Shown: positions 21,435 to 31,679, counted from the first letter of the stretch. The stretch is DNA of 64,000 bases from an uncultured Chthonomonadaceae bacterium (GCA_963835065.1 CAWIEK010000019.1:34917-98916); one strand, 5' to 3'. Notes: generated by a model from the letters alone, not told the origin. Made by a program: numbers and translations.

Positions 21435-22978
21435 ATGAACCTGAACGTTTTGCCGTTTTTCTGGCTGATTTTGATTGCGTTTATTGTCGCGCTGGCGGCG
21501 CGGCGCGTGAAGGTTCCTTACGCCCTCGCCCTGGTGGTAACGGGGCTGGTGTTGGGAGCCGCGCATCTGCTGCCGCATACGCACCTGGAACCGTCTCTGC
21601 TGTTTACCGTGTTTCTGCCGCCCCTCCTGTTCGAGTCGGCCATGCACCTGCGCGCGGAAGATTTGAAGCAAAACTGGAAGCCCATCAGCATCTATACGCT
21701 GGCGGGAACTATCGCTTCCACCTTTATTGTGGGCGGGCTGACGGCCTGGGGATTGCACATTCCGTTTGCAGCCGGGTGCGTGTTCGGCGCGTTGATTTCG
21801 ACAACCGACCCGATTTCGGTAATCGCCATCTTCAAGCGATTGGGCGCGGGCAAGCGGCTGACGCTGATTATGGAAGCGGAAAGCCTGTTTAATAACGATA
21901 CGGCTGTGGTGCTGTTTACGGTGATGCTGGGCGCGATGGCAGGCGGTAAAATTTCGCTGGCGCAGGGTATCGGGCAGTTTGTGCAGCTTGTAGCCGGGGG
22001 CGCGTTGTTGGGAAGCGCCATTGGCCTGCTGGCTTCCCGCGTCCATAACGAATTGAACGATCATCTGGTAGAGATCACGCTGACAACCGTTGTCGCGTTT
22101 GGATCCTATCTGTGCGCCGAAGCGCTGCATGTTTCGGGGGTAATGGCGGTTGTGGTGGCAGGCATTGTGCTTGGAAATGTGGGGATGCAGACGGCTATGA
22201 CGCCGGGTACGCGCCTGGCCGTGACCGCGTTTTGGGAATACGCCGGGTTTGTCGTGAATTCCATTGTGTTCCTGCTGGTCGGTATCGAAGTCGGGTTTGT
22301 GGATTGGCGGCATAAGATCGGGCTGGCATTGGGCGCAGTGGCAATCGTGCTTATTGGACGAGCCGCGATATACCCGATTTCGCTGCTTGTGAACCGCGTC
22401 AAGGGCGATATTCCCTTCGCCTGGCAGCATGTGCTGTTTTGGGGCGGGCTGCGCGGCGCGCTTTCGATGGCATTGGTTTTGGGACTGGACAGACGATTTT
22501 CCGCAACGGGAAACGCTGATTGCGGCGACATTCGGAGTAGTGCTTGTTTTCGCTGCTGGTGCAGGGCTTGACGGTCGGGCCGCTGATGCAGAAACTGGGG
22601 CTGTGTAACGCGCAAAGCAAGGAACCCAAAGACCATCGGCGGCTGGCGAACGAACTGGTGGCGTGTCAGGCGGCGATTGCGGAACTGGAGCATTTGCGCG
22701 CGGCGGAAGCCCATGCGAACTGGTCTATCGAACTGCTGATGCGCGACTACCGTACCCGGCTGACCCTATTGGAACAGGCGCTGGAAGAAGCGCAGCCCGG
22801 CCACAAAGTTCTGCACCGCAAACAGGCCGCTCGCGCCCGTCAACTCGCCCTGCAAGCCGAAAAAAGTTCCTTACAGGAAGCGGAGCGGCAAGGCTGGCTC
22901 GACGAAGACGACTGGCGCGAACTGTCCGCCCGCATTGACTCGGAACTGCTGGCGTTACATGCGGCGGAGAAGGAGTAG
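21435..22978 (+). CDS. CPA1-family Na+(K+)/H+ antiporter (frameshifts near 22500-22545)
   Basis: LPPLLFE, TDPISV, AESLFNN, GGLRGALS, LLVQGLT; helical C-terminal tail. Confidence 0.9.
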
Positions 22979-22986
22979 GGAGGTAT

Positions 22987-23062
22987 AGAGATAAGAGATA
23001 AGAGATAAGAGGCACTCAGGATACAAGTTTGTACTCTCTTATCTCTTATCTCCTTATCTCTC
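22987..23062. repeat. Heptamer-armed palindrome (GAGATAA)n ... (TTATCTC)n
   Basis: Directly visible. Confidence 0.85.
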
Positions 23063-23068
23063 GAAACC

Positions 23069-24903
23069 ATGCACAACCTGAAAACGCAACTATGGGTAAG
23101 TCACCTGCTGCTCATATTGGTGCTGGCAGTGGTGATGGCGAGCGCGATCTTTAATTTTGTCCGCCTGGGGCGCTCTATTGACCGCATCCTGAAAGACAAT
23201 TACAAGAGCGTGATTGCCGCGCAGGATATGAAGGAAGCGCTGGAGCGGCAGGACAGCGCGGCCACGTTTTTTCTCGCGGGGCAGACGCAGAAAGCGCAGG
23301 ACGCAGTATCAGGCGAACTGGACGCGGTTCCGGGACGCTTACCAGACCGAAGCGCACAACATTACGGAGGCGGGCGAACAGGAGATTGCCGACGACATTG
23401 GACGCAACTTTGTGGATTATCGGCAGGAAGTGGAGAAGCTGCTGTACGCTCGCCCGCCTATGCCGCCCGAACAGGCGCGGGCGTTTTATTTTGGAACATT
23501 GGAGCCGGCTTTCGCGCACTTGAAGCAGCGGGCGCAGGACGTTCTTGACCTGAACCAGAAGGCGATTGTCTATGCGGATGAACAGGCCAAAGCGGAAGCG
23601 CGGCGTGTTTCCCTGGTCAGTTTCGGGGTCACGGCAGGCGCGTTCGTTCTGCTTCTTCTGCTTGTGCCCTGGACGATCCGGGCTTCGCTGACTCCGCTGC
23701 GGTCCCTGGCGCGGCAGGCGGAAGAAATCGGCGTCGGGCATCTGAACCAACGTATCGAATTGAACCGGACGGATGAGTTGGGCGCATTGGCGGCTTCGTT
23801 CAACAGCATGGCCGAGAAACTGCGGGCGGCGCGGCAAGTGGAGGAGGAGCGGCTGCACCTGGCCGAGCGCATGTCGGACGCCGCGCTGGAAAGCCTGTAC
23901 GATCCCGTCATTATCACGAACGGCGCGGGGCGCGTCGCGCATTTGAACCCGGCTGCGGAGGGCTTGTTCGGTTCGGCATCACAGGCGAAATCCCGTCCTA
24001 TCGCGCAGGTGGTGGGAGACAAAGCGATTGTGGACGCCGTAACGCGCGCCATTCAGCAGGAGCGGGTTTCCGCGTCGGAAGATGAAGCCGGGTTTGTCAC
24101 GCGGCGCGATGGGAGAAGTGGAGCGCACGTATCGGCTTCGCGCCAGTCCCATGCGGGATGAAGACGGCAGCGTGTTGGGAGCCGTTACGGTTCTGGAAGA
24201 CATCACGCACCTGCGCGAACTGGATCGCTTGAAAACGGAATTTATCGGCGTGGCTTCCCACGAACTGCGGACGCCCGTCACCAGCCTGCTCCTATCGGTG
24301 CAATTGCTTCAGGAGGGCGCAGTGGGGGAACTCACGCCCGATCAGAAGGAAGTGATCGAAGCGCAGCGCGAGGATTTGGAACGTTTAGAACGCATGATGC
24401 GCGACCTGCTCGACATTACGCGGCTGGAAGCGGGCGTGACGCCGCCGCGTTTTGCCCTTGTCGCGCCAAACGAACTGGCCGATTCGGCAGTGCAGGCGGT
24501 AGAAGCGCCGGCCCATGCCAAAGGGGTGTGGTTAGTCCGCGATTGGGCGGATAATTTGCCTGCTGTCCGCGCAGACCGTAATCAGATTTCGCGCGTTCTG
24601 GTCAACCTCCTCAACAACGCGGTTCGCCACACGCCTTCCGGGGGCAACGTCACCGTGAGCGTTCGGCAGGAGGGCGACAAAGTTAGATTTCAGGTGGCGG
24701 ACACGGGAACGGGTATTCCCGCCGAGTACCTGCCGCACATTTTCGAGCGTTTTGTGCAGGTTCCGGGCGCAACACGGGGCGGCGCGGGATTGGGATTGTC
24801 CATTGCGCAAACGATTTTGAAAGCGCACGGCAGCGAAATCAAGGCGGCAAGCCTGCCGGGCAAGGGCGCGACGTTTACGTTCGCGCTGCCGGTAGGGGGA
24901 TAG
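23069..24903 (+). CDS. Membrane sensor histidine kinase (helical sensor-HAMP-PAS-HisKA-HATPase), frameshifted near 23300 and 24100
   Basis: ILKDNYKS sensor start, HAMP DELG.LA.SFN.M, ASHELRTP, NLLNNA, DTGTGI, GAGLGLSI. Confidence 0.9.
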
Positions 24904-25015
24904 GTTTCAGGTTTCAGGTGTCAGGTGTCAGGGAAGAACTATTTGATTGCTTATCCTGCTCTCTAGAACAAAAGCACCTATGCAGGCTCCTCCTGACACC
25001 TGAAACCTAACACCT
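24902..25015. repeat. Heptamer-armed palindrome (AGGT(T/G)TC)n ... (CCTGACA)n
   Basis: Directly visible. Confidence 0.8.
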
Positions 25016-25035
25016 CGGTTGAGGAGATACAAACA

Positions 25036-25782
25036 ATGGCGCGAATTCTGGTAGTAGACGATGAAAATAATATCCGCATGATGGTTCGGCTGGCCTTGCA
25101 GCACGTCGGGCATCAGGTGGAAACGGCGGCGGACGGCACAGAAGGCTTGGAAAAGTTCGGCAACGGCAGCAATTACGATCTGGTATTGCTGGATCAGCGT
25201 ATGCCGGGATTGGAAGGGCTGGATGTTCTCAAGCAGATGCGCTATCACCATCCGCAGGCGAAAATCATCATGGCAACCGCGTTCGGCACGATTGACCTGG
25301 CCGTAGACGCGATGAAGGCGGGCGCGACGGATTTTTTGCGCAAGCCCTTTACGGCGGAAACCCTGCGCGGAGCCGTACAATCCACCCTACAGGAAGTTCC
25401 GAATACCGAACACCGAACACCGAACACCCGGACGGGCGTTACATTCGGCTCGACTACGATCAACGGCTTTCGGATTGAGTTTCAGGCCGGTTCGGGCGAA
25501 CATGTCGGCGGCGGGTTTCGGCAGGTGTTTACGGTGCGCAGTCCGGGCGGCGAAAACAAAATCTGTACCGTTGTTCTGCCCTCGTATATCACGGAATTGG
25601 TAAAAGCGCATGCCGACTGCGAGCAGTTTCCCGGCAATGACCGCTTCTGGCAGGCATTGTGCGAGGAAGCGTTGGCGAATTACTTGTGGCAAAACGCGGA
25701 ACTGCCCGCCGGGGCGCAAATGCGAATTGAGGAATTATCAACAGGGCTGCGCCGTTTCGTGGATACCGTGATGGCGGCGTAG
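25036..25782 (+). CDS. Response regulator: receiver domain plus unrecognised C-terminal domain
   Basis: ILVVDDE, LLDQRMP, KPF; no OmpR winged-helix or AAA+ domain recognisable. Confidence 0.85.
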   Translation: MARILVVDDENNIRMMVRLALQHVGHQVETAADGTEGLEKFGNGSNYDLVLLDQRMPGLEGLDVLKQMRYHHPQAKIIMATAFGTIDLAVDAMKAGATDFLRKPFTAETLRGAVQSTLQEVPNTEHRTPNTRTGVTFGSTTINGFRIEFQAGSGEHVGGGFRQVFTVRSPGGENKICTVVLPSYITELVKAHADCEQFPGNDRFWQALCEEALANYLWQNAELPAGAQMRIEELSTGLRRFVDTVMAA

Positions 25783-25787
25783 GCAGC

Positions 25788-25826
25788 CCTCACCCCCAAC
25801 CCCTCTCCCAAAGTTGGGAGAGGGGA
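25788..25826. repeat. REP-like hairpin CCTCACCCCCAACCCCTCTCCC..GGGAGAGGGG
   Basis: Related copies at 63551-63601 and, degenerate, near 56945-56980. Confidence 0.7.
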
Positions 25827-25856
25827 GCAAATAAAATTCTTCACGAAGGACAACCA

Positions 25857-27809
25857 ATGGCATTTTTAGACCGACTTTTGGGCAGGCGGCTGGCGACCCA
25901 TGAAGAAGATGAGCAAAAAGTCGGCGTGTTCGCGGGCATTCCCATGCTGGGACTGGACGCGCTTTCCTCATCCGCGTATGGCCCCGAAGCCGCGCTGACG
26001 ATCTTGATTCCATTGGGAGCGCTCGGTCTGGCGTATATCGGCCCGATCATCGGCGTGATTCTGGCACTGCTGATTATCCTGTATTTTTCGTACCGGCAGA
26101 CGATTGCCGCGTATCCCAATGGCGGCGGCTCGTACACCGTTGCGAAGGAAAACCTGGGAACGCGGGCAGGACTTTTGGCGGCGGCGGCGCTGCTGCTGGA
26201 TTATGTGATGAATGTGGCGGTGGGCATTTCGGCGGGCATGGGCGCGCTGATTTCCGCCGTGCCCGGATTGCATCGGTATCTGCTGCCCTTGTGTTTGGTC
26301 ACGCTGGTCTTTGTCGCGTTTATTAATCTGCGCGGAGTTCGAGAATCGGGACTGGCGTTCGCCCTTCCCACCTATTTGTTTGTCGGTACGCTTACGGTTG
26401 TGCTTGTACTGGGAGTGGGCAAGATTTTGCTGAGTGGCGGGCATCCCGTACCGGTTGTCGCGCCTCCCGCCCTGCCTGCCGGAACGGGAGCCGTCACGCT
26501 GTGGCTGTTGCTGCGCGCGTTTGCGAGTGGCTGTACGGCGATGACAGGCGTGGAAGCCGTCAGCAACGGCGTCACGGCCTTTGCCAAACCCGCCGTTGTC
26601 AACGCGCAGCGAACCTTAACGGCGATTGTCGTGATTTTGGGCGTTTTGCTTGCGGGTATCGCCATTCTTGCCCGCGCATACCATATCAGCGCGATTGACC
26701 CGGACAGCCCCGCGTATGACAGCATCGTTTCGCAATTGGTGGCGGCGGTTGCGGGGCGGGGCGTGTTTTACTATTTCACCATCGGCAGCGTTCTGGCCGT
26801 GCTTGCGCTTTCCGCCAACACCAGTTTTGCCGACTTTCCGCGCCTGTGCCGGCTGGTCGCGCAGGACGATTTTCTCCCCCACGCCTTCGCCAACCGGGGG
26901 CGGCGGCTTGTATACTCCTACGGCATCGCCATTCTGACCGTTTCCGCCGCCATTCTGATGATCGCATTCGGCGGCATCACGGATCGGCTGATTCCTCTGT
27001 TTGCTATCGGCGCGTTTCTGGCGTTTGCGCTGTCGCAAGCCGGCATGGTGGTGCATTGGAAGCGCGTGGGAGGGCCGCGGGCGCAAACGTCCCTGTTCGT
27101 GAACGGCCTGGGCTGCGTGGTTACGGTGATTGCGCTTGTCATCGTTATCATTGCTAAATTTGTGGAAGGCGCGTGGGTCACGCTGCTGCTGATACCCGCG
27201 TTCCTCATCGTTTTTGACCGCGTGAAGGCGCATTACGTGCATGTGGCGCAGGAAATCCATTGCCCGCGCCCCCTGAATTTGGAACGCTTGCAGCCGCCGG
27301 TTGTCGTGGTTCCCATCAAGGCGTGGAATACGATTGCCGAACGCGCGCTGCAATTCGCGCTGCAACTGTCGCCGGACGTGGTTGCCGTTCACATCAGCGC
27401 GGACGAAGGCGCGGCGTATGGCCTGCGCATGCAATGGGCGCAGTACGTGGAAGAGCCAATTGCGCAGGCGGGATTGCCGCAGCCGCGCCTGCTCCTGCTT
27501 TTGTCGCCTTATCGCCGCCTGTTCACGCCCCTGCTTAACTTCATCAATCAATTAAAAGAGGAATACCCCTCGCGGCTGATCGCCGTCATTATCCCGGAGC
27601 TCGTGGAAAAGCGCTGGTATCAATATCTGCTGCACAATCAGCGCGCGACGGGATTGAAAGCCGCGCTCCTGCTGCGCGGCGACAGCCGGGTCGTGGTGAT
27701 CAACGTGCCCTGGTATTTAGGAGAAAGCGCGGAAAATCCTATTAGCGACGATGACTCAAAACCGCCGTTAAGGTTTGTCGAAGCGGAGAATAGCCTGGGA
27801 GGTGGATAA
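25857..27809 (+). CDS. APC-family permease, KimA/YdaO-like K+ transporter
   Basis: LDALSSSAYGPE, YPNGGGSY, GCTAMTGVEAVSNG, ANTSFADFPRL, SPYR. Confidence 0.9.
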   Translation: MAFLDRLLGRRLATHEEDEQKVGVFAGIPMLGLDALSSSAYGPEAALTILIPLGALGLAYIGPIIGVILALLIILYFSYRQTIAAYPNGGGSYTVAKENLGTRAGLLAAAALLLDYVMNVAVGISAGMGALISAVPGLHRYLLPLCLVTLVFVAFINLRGVRESGLAFALPTYLFVGTLTVVLVLGVGKILLSGGHPVPVVAPPALPAGTGAVTLWLLLRAFASGCTAMTGVEAVSNGVTAFAKPAVVNAQRTLTAIVVILGVLLAGIAILARAYHISAIDPDSPAYDSIVSQLVAAVAGRGVFYYFTIGSVLAVLALSANTSFADFPRLCRLVAQDDFLPHAFANRGRRLVYSYGIAILTVSAAILMIAFGGITDRLIPLFAIGAFLAFALSQAGMVVHWKRVGGPRAQTSLFVNGLGCVVTVIALVIVIIAKFVEGAWVTLLLIPAFLIVFDRVKAHYVHVAQEIHCPRPLNLERLQPPVVVVPIKAWNTIAERALQFALQLSPDVVAVHISADEGAAYGLRMQWAQYVEEPIAQAGLPQPRLLLLLSPYRRLFTPLLNFINQLKEEYPSRLIAVIIPELVEKRWYQYLLHNQRATGLKAALLLRGDSRVVVINVPWYLGESAENPISDDDSKPPLRFVEAENSLGGG

Positions 27810-28960
27810 TGCCAACGGATGCCGACATGCCGCGCCGCCCCACGCCCGAAGAACTGCTGGAGCGGGTGCAGCGCGAGGAAAAACAGCAGAAACGGGGACG
27901 CCTGAAAGTGTTCCTGGGCTTTGCGGCAGGCGTGGGCAAATCCTACGAAATGCTTAACGAGGCCAACCGGCGGCGACAGCGCGGGCAGGATGTGGTTATC
28001 GGGTACATCGAAACCCACAGGCGCAAGGGAACCGAGGAGCAGCTTGGCGACCTGGAAACCGTTCCGCGCAAGCAAATCGAGTACCGGGGAACGGTTCTGG
28101 AAGAAATGGATACGGAAGCCATTCTCGCCCGCCATCCGCAATGGGCGGTTGTGGACGAACTGGCCCATGCCAACGTGCCCGGTTCGGCTCGCGCCAAGCG
28201 CTGGCAGGACGTGGAGCTTCTGCTGGACGCGGGCATCCATGTGCTGACGGCAATGAACGTGCAGCATCTGGAAAGCCTCAACGATACAGTTTACGACATT
28301 ACCGGAATCCGCGTCCGCGAAACCGTTCCCGACCGTATCATCCGGGACGCAGACGAAGTGAAGATGGTGGACATTACGCCCCGTTCGCTGATTCACCGTT
28401 TGGAGCGCGGCGACATTTACGCGCCGGATAAGGTACAGCAGTCGCTGCAAAACTGGTTCCGGGAAGGCAATCTGAACGCCCTGCGCGAAATCGCCCTGCG
28501 GGAAGTGGCGCACGAGGTGGACGAGGACGTGGCCGCGTACCGCAAGGAGCGCAACGTCCGGGAAACGTGGGCCACGCATGACCGCGTGATGGTGTGCATC
28601 AGCCCCGACCAATCTTCGCTGCGCCTGTTGCGGCGGGGCTGGCGCATCGCGGGGCGGCTTCACGCCGAGATCGTCGCCGTGTACGTGGAAAATAAGCCGA
28701 CAACGGAAGAGCAGAAACAGATATTACGGGACGACTTTGCGCTCGCGGACCGCCTGAAAGTGCCGGTTGTCACGCTGCATGGCGATGTGGCGAACGAGAT
28801 CATCCGCTACGTCCGCGAAAACCAGATCACGCAAATCGTCATCGGCCATTCGGATCGAACGCGCTGGCAGGAGTTCGTCAAGGGTTCCATCATCAACCGC
28901 CTCACCTACGCCCTGCGCACCATAGACATTCTGATTGTCGCCTCGGCGGAGGAAGGTTAG
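27809..28960 (+). CDS. kdpD: Stand-alone KdpD N-terminal sensor domain plus USP domain
   Basis: RGRLKVFLGFAAGVGKSY, VDELAHAN, NVQHLESLND, GNLNALRE and a USP tail; no TM segments or kinase domain. Confidence 0.88.
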   Translation: MPTDADMPRRPTPEELLERVQREEKQQKRGRLKVFLGFAAGVGKSYEMLNEANRRRQRGQDVVIGYIETHRRKGTEEQLGDLETVPRKQIEYRGTVLEEMDTEAILARHPQWAVVDELAHANVPGSARAKRWQDVELLLDAGIHVLTAMNVQHLESLNDTVYDITGIRVRETVPDRIIRDADEVKMVDITPRSLIHRLERGDIYAPDKVQQSLQNWFREGNLNALREIALREVAHEVDEDVAAYRKERNVRETWATHDRVMVCISPDQSSLRLLRRGWRIAGRLHAEIVAVYVENKPTTEEQKQILRDDFALADRLKVPVVTLHGDVANEIIRYVRENQITQIVIGHSDRTRWQEFVKGSIINRLTYALRTIDILIVASAEEG

Positions 28961-29442
28961 GAATTGGAATCACCGAACACAAGGCCGATCACCGCATCAT
29001 TGGCTTCTTCGATCTGTTCAAGTTCCACGATATAGTTTTCGAGGTCTTTACAGCGGGCGCGGATAGCGGCGATGTCTTGCTGTTCGCGTCTGTGCGCAAT
29101 CAGTTCTTCGCGGTTAAGCTGGAGGATTCGGATATGGTTTGCGCCGCGTTCGGTCAAGACATGAAGCGTATGATTCTCGTGTTCACGGAAGTGTTCTGCC
29201 ATAAAATCCAGCAAAGGATGCAGGAGTTGTAAGTCGGGTTCTGTGCGCCAGTAATCGCCTTTGAACTCATTGCAGGCGTGACAGGAATAAACAAGATTGT
29301 CGGCGCTGTCACCGCCGTTTTGACTGCGGGGCTGAAAATGGTCAACGGTCATTTTCGCGCCGACATGGGTTTCGCTGACGCCGCAGTAGCCACACCGGAA
29401 TTGATAGCGGATGCGAACCGTTTCGCGCAAAGTGCGTCGCAT
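28957..29442 (-). CDS. HNH endonuclease
   Basis: CGYCG..VDHFQP..GG.D..NLVYSCHACN..K. Confidence 0.9.
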   Translation of the reverse strand: MRRTLRETVRIRYQFRCGYCGVSETHVGAKMTVDHFQPRSQNGGDSADNLVYSCHACNEFKGDYWRTEPDLQLLHPLLDFMAEHFREHENHTLHVLTERGANHIRILQLNREELIAHRREQQDIAAIRARCKDLENYIVELEQIEEANDAVIGLVFGDSNS

Positions 29443-29693
29443 TAGAGGAGTGGATTCATTTCGTTGTGCAAGCGGCGATATTCGTCTTTGAGGGCTTGGC
29501 GCTCGGCCTGAATTTCAGCCAAAAATTCCTGCTGACGGCGAATAGCGGTTTCTTTGCGCCGCGCCAACGCCTCTAATTTTTCGGCGTATGCTTCCAGTTG
29601 GAGTCGCTCGCTACGCATTTGTTCTGTTGAAGCCCGCAACGCGGCTTGTTCGCGCAAGGCTCTGGGCGAGAGTTCAACTTCTTCCATGGGCAT
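29442..29693 (-). CDS. Small coiled-coil protein coupled to the HNH gene
   Basis: TAATG stop/start overlap; helical charged sequence. Confidence 0.6.
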   Translation of the reverse strand: MPMEEVELSPRALREQAALRASTEQMRSERLQLEAYAEKLEALARRKETAIRRQQEFLAEIQAERQALKDEYRRLHNEMNPLL

Positions 29694-29774
29694 GGTTCCT
29701 TTTCGTCTACACGGCCTCATTATACCACACCAGCCACAAGCCTATTCCTCTGCCGCCTCACCGCTTTTGCGAGA

Positions 29775-29868
29775 GCAGGAGTTCGTCAAGGGTTCCCTCA
29801 TCAACTGCCTCACCTACGCCCTGCGCACCATAGACATCTTGATTGTCGCCTCCTCAGAAGAAGCCTGA
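29775..29868 (+). repeat. 94-bp diverged duplicate of the kdpD 3' end (28867-28960)
   Basis: GCAGGAGTTCGTCAAGGGTTCC..GCCCTGCGCACCATAGACAT..GATTGTCGCCTC is present at both sites. Confidence 0.95.
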
Positions 29869-29878
29869 ATCATTTTAT

Positions 29879-29965
29879 AAGTTCCCTCACACGCGGGGTG
29901 AACCCAACCGGAACAACCGTGCTATAATGAACTATTATATTCCCCGCGTATGTGGGAGTGAACCG
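29879..29965 (+). CRISPR. Degenerate two-repeat, one-spacer unit resembling type I-E repeats
   Basis: GTTCCCTCACACGCGGGGTGAACC and ATATTCCCCGCGTATGTGGGAGTGAACCG, separated by ~31 nt; no cas genes in the window. Confidence 0.6.
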
Positions 29966-30212
29966 TTTTGAGGGAACACTATTCAAATTTCAATCCTGAA
30001 AACACCACTGTAGAGACGCGATATGTTGCGTTCCTAAAAATGCTCGTGCGAACTGTATTGATTTTACAGAAGTAATATAAATATGGTAGATATGCCCGGA
30101 ATCGGGCGCAAACTGGCTCGCAAACGCGCCCGTAAGTCCTTTGAAGACGCCGCAAACAAGCCCCGGCTGACCGGCGCGGAAGCGGCGGCGCGGTAAGAGA
30201 CAGTGGCAGACG

Positions 30213-31679
30213 CTAAAGTGTTGAGTTGTAGAAGGTCTCGTACCTAGCCTTACTAGCTGATATCTCGTTGCTACCTGATATCTCCTTTTTAGTATCGCTG
30301 AAAAAACTTGTTTTCAGTTCCTCTATCCACGATGCATGAGGCTCTTTCTTCGGACGCAGATTGGTTGCACAGTGGAGGTTTCCCCCATGAAGTTGGAGAT
30401 AGTTTGTCTCCATAAACGCGACTTTTACCCCCGCTCCCCTCAGCACCTGGTATATGTAAGCATCAAACAGGTCCACTGTGCCCGGACAAGGAATACATAT
30501 TTTGCTCAGGCCAGGTACAGTCTTAGCGTCAGAATTCAGCTTATTGTACGTCTTAATTTCCTGAACCAGGTCGGCGACAAGGGCTTTTGGAACGAAGAGA
30601 GAAGCAATATCTTTAATCTTCATCTCCTCATCCAGTATGAACTCTATTTTCGCTGAACTTTCTAAGAAATCATCCTCGAAATCTATCCAAGGGCTAACAA
30701 CTTTGTTACCTTCTAAAAGCGACTTTGCAAATTCAACTGGAATGCGCAACGTATGCTGCCGGGGAACCACAGCAGCTCCATCAAGTGGCAGCATATTAAT
30801 AGCATTCGGGTGATAAGGATGTCCAAGGAGCATCGGAAACTGAATCACAGTTGTTGCGTCTAAGCCAAGTTCTTGACACAGCCAATTTTTGTTTGCTTCA
30901 GCAATTTTAATTCTTTCATTCATGTAACCTGTAGAACTTTCGATTGACTTCATCTTGCTAAAATTATTAAATCTTTCACATTGATAGAGGCAGCCCGTCG
31001 TTAGCTGCCAATCTTCAAAATCACACTGTTTGAGAGTTTGGATAAGGCTGCAACGATTGTCCCCTTCAACGGATTTTTTTAGAGCTTCAATGTTGTCTTT
31101 TAGTAATTTCATAAGCTCCAGCCCCTTTTGAGGAGAGGTCACAACCATATTCCACTTATTTAGGCTACCGACGAAACAGACCACCTCATCAGAGTGGTGT
31201 ACGTGTTCTTGGCTCGCATCAATGACAATACACGGTTGCTCAAAAGCTTGAAACACTGCCGAATCCTTTTCTGGAAGGCACCTCTCTGTGCCGACGATAA
31301 TAGCGCCGAATGGATGATTCGGTGTCGGAGGCGTGATAACAATATTACCGCCATCTGTAGCAGTCAGACCGCGTTTCAATATTTCCGGGTTGCCGACTAG
31401 TTCTAAATCCGCCGATGGAGTATTCTCTTCACGTACGAGCAACTTGAAATCGTACTGCTGCGATGTCTTGCTTGGGAACGAAAGGCCGATATGAAAGTCG
31501 TCGCGAATAAAAATGCCTGTGCCACCAATTTCCTTAACGGGTATGGTATCCATGCCAACGCATTTGAGAGCGTCCTTCAGAGATTGGATGAGGTTGGATC
31601 GATGAAAAGCTTCTTTGTTATCTTCACAACCTATACTGGTGGATACATAGAGTGCTTCGGCTCCGAACAGTTCGGCCAC
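30213..31679 (-). CDS. Protein-arginine deiminase (PAD)-like pentein enzyme; true start probably further upstream, across a homopolymer frameshift
   Basis: FIRDDFHIG, HVHHSDE, NAINML and GGNLHCATN parallel the PAD motifs WxQDE, GHVDE, NMVNML and GEVHCGTN. Confidence 0.7.
   Translation of the reverse strand: MAELFGAEALYVSTSIGCEDNKEAFHRSNLIQSLKDALKCVGMDTIPVKEIGGTGIFIRDDFHIGLSFPSKTSQQYDFKLLVREENTPSADLELVGNPEILKRGLTATDGGNIVITPPTPNHPFGAIIVGTERCLPEKDSAVFQAFEQPCIVIDASQEHVHHSDEVVCFVGSLNKWNMVVTSPQKGLELMKLLKDNIEALKKSVEGDNRCSLIQTLKQCDFEDWQLTTGCLYQCERFNNFSKMKSIESSTGYMNERIKIAEANKNWLCQELGLDATTVIQFPMLLGHPYHPNAINMLPLDGAAVVPRQHTLRIPVEFAKSLLEGNKVVSPWIDFEDDFLESSAKIEFILDEEMKIKDIASLFVPKALVADLVQEIKTYNKLNSDAKTVPGLSKICIPCPGTVDLFDAYIYQVLRGAGVKVAFMETNYLQLHGGNLHCATNLRPKKEPHASWIEELKTSFFSDTKKEISGSNEISASKARYETFYNSTL

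Noticed and set aside
28867..29868. Diversity-generating retroelement TR/VR pair
   Set aside because: Differences are not adenine-specific and no reverse transcriptase is present.
30083..30196. Short basic ORF MVDMPGIGRKLARKRARK..
   Set aside because: No clear RBS or family resemblance; possibly a gene remnant.
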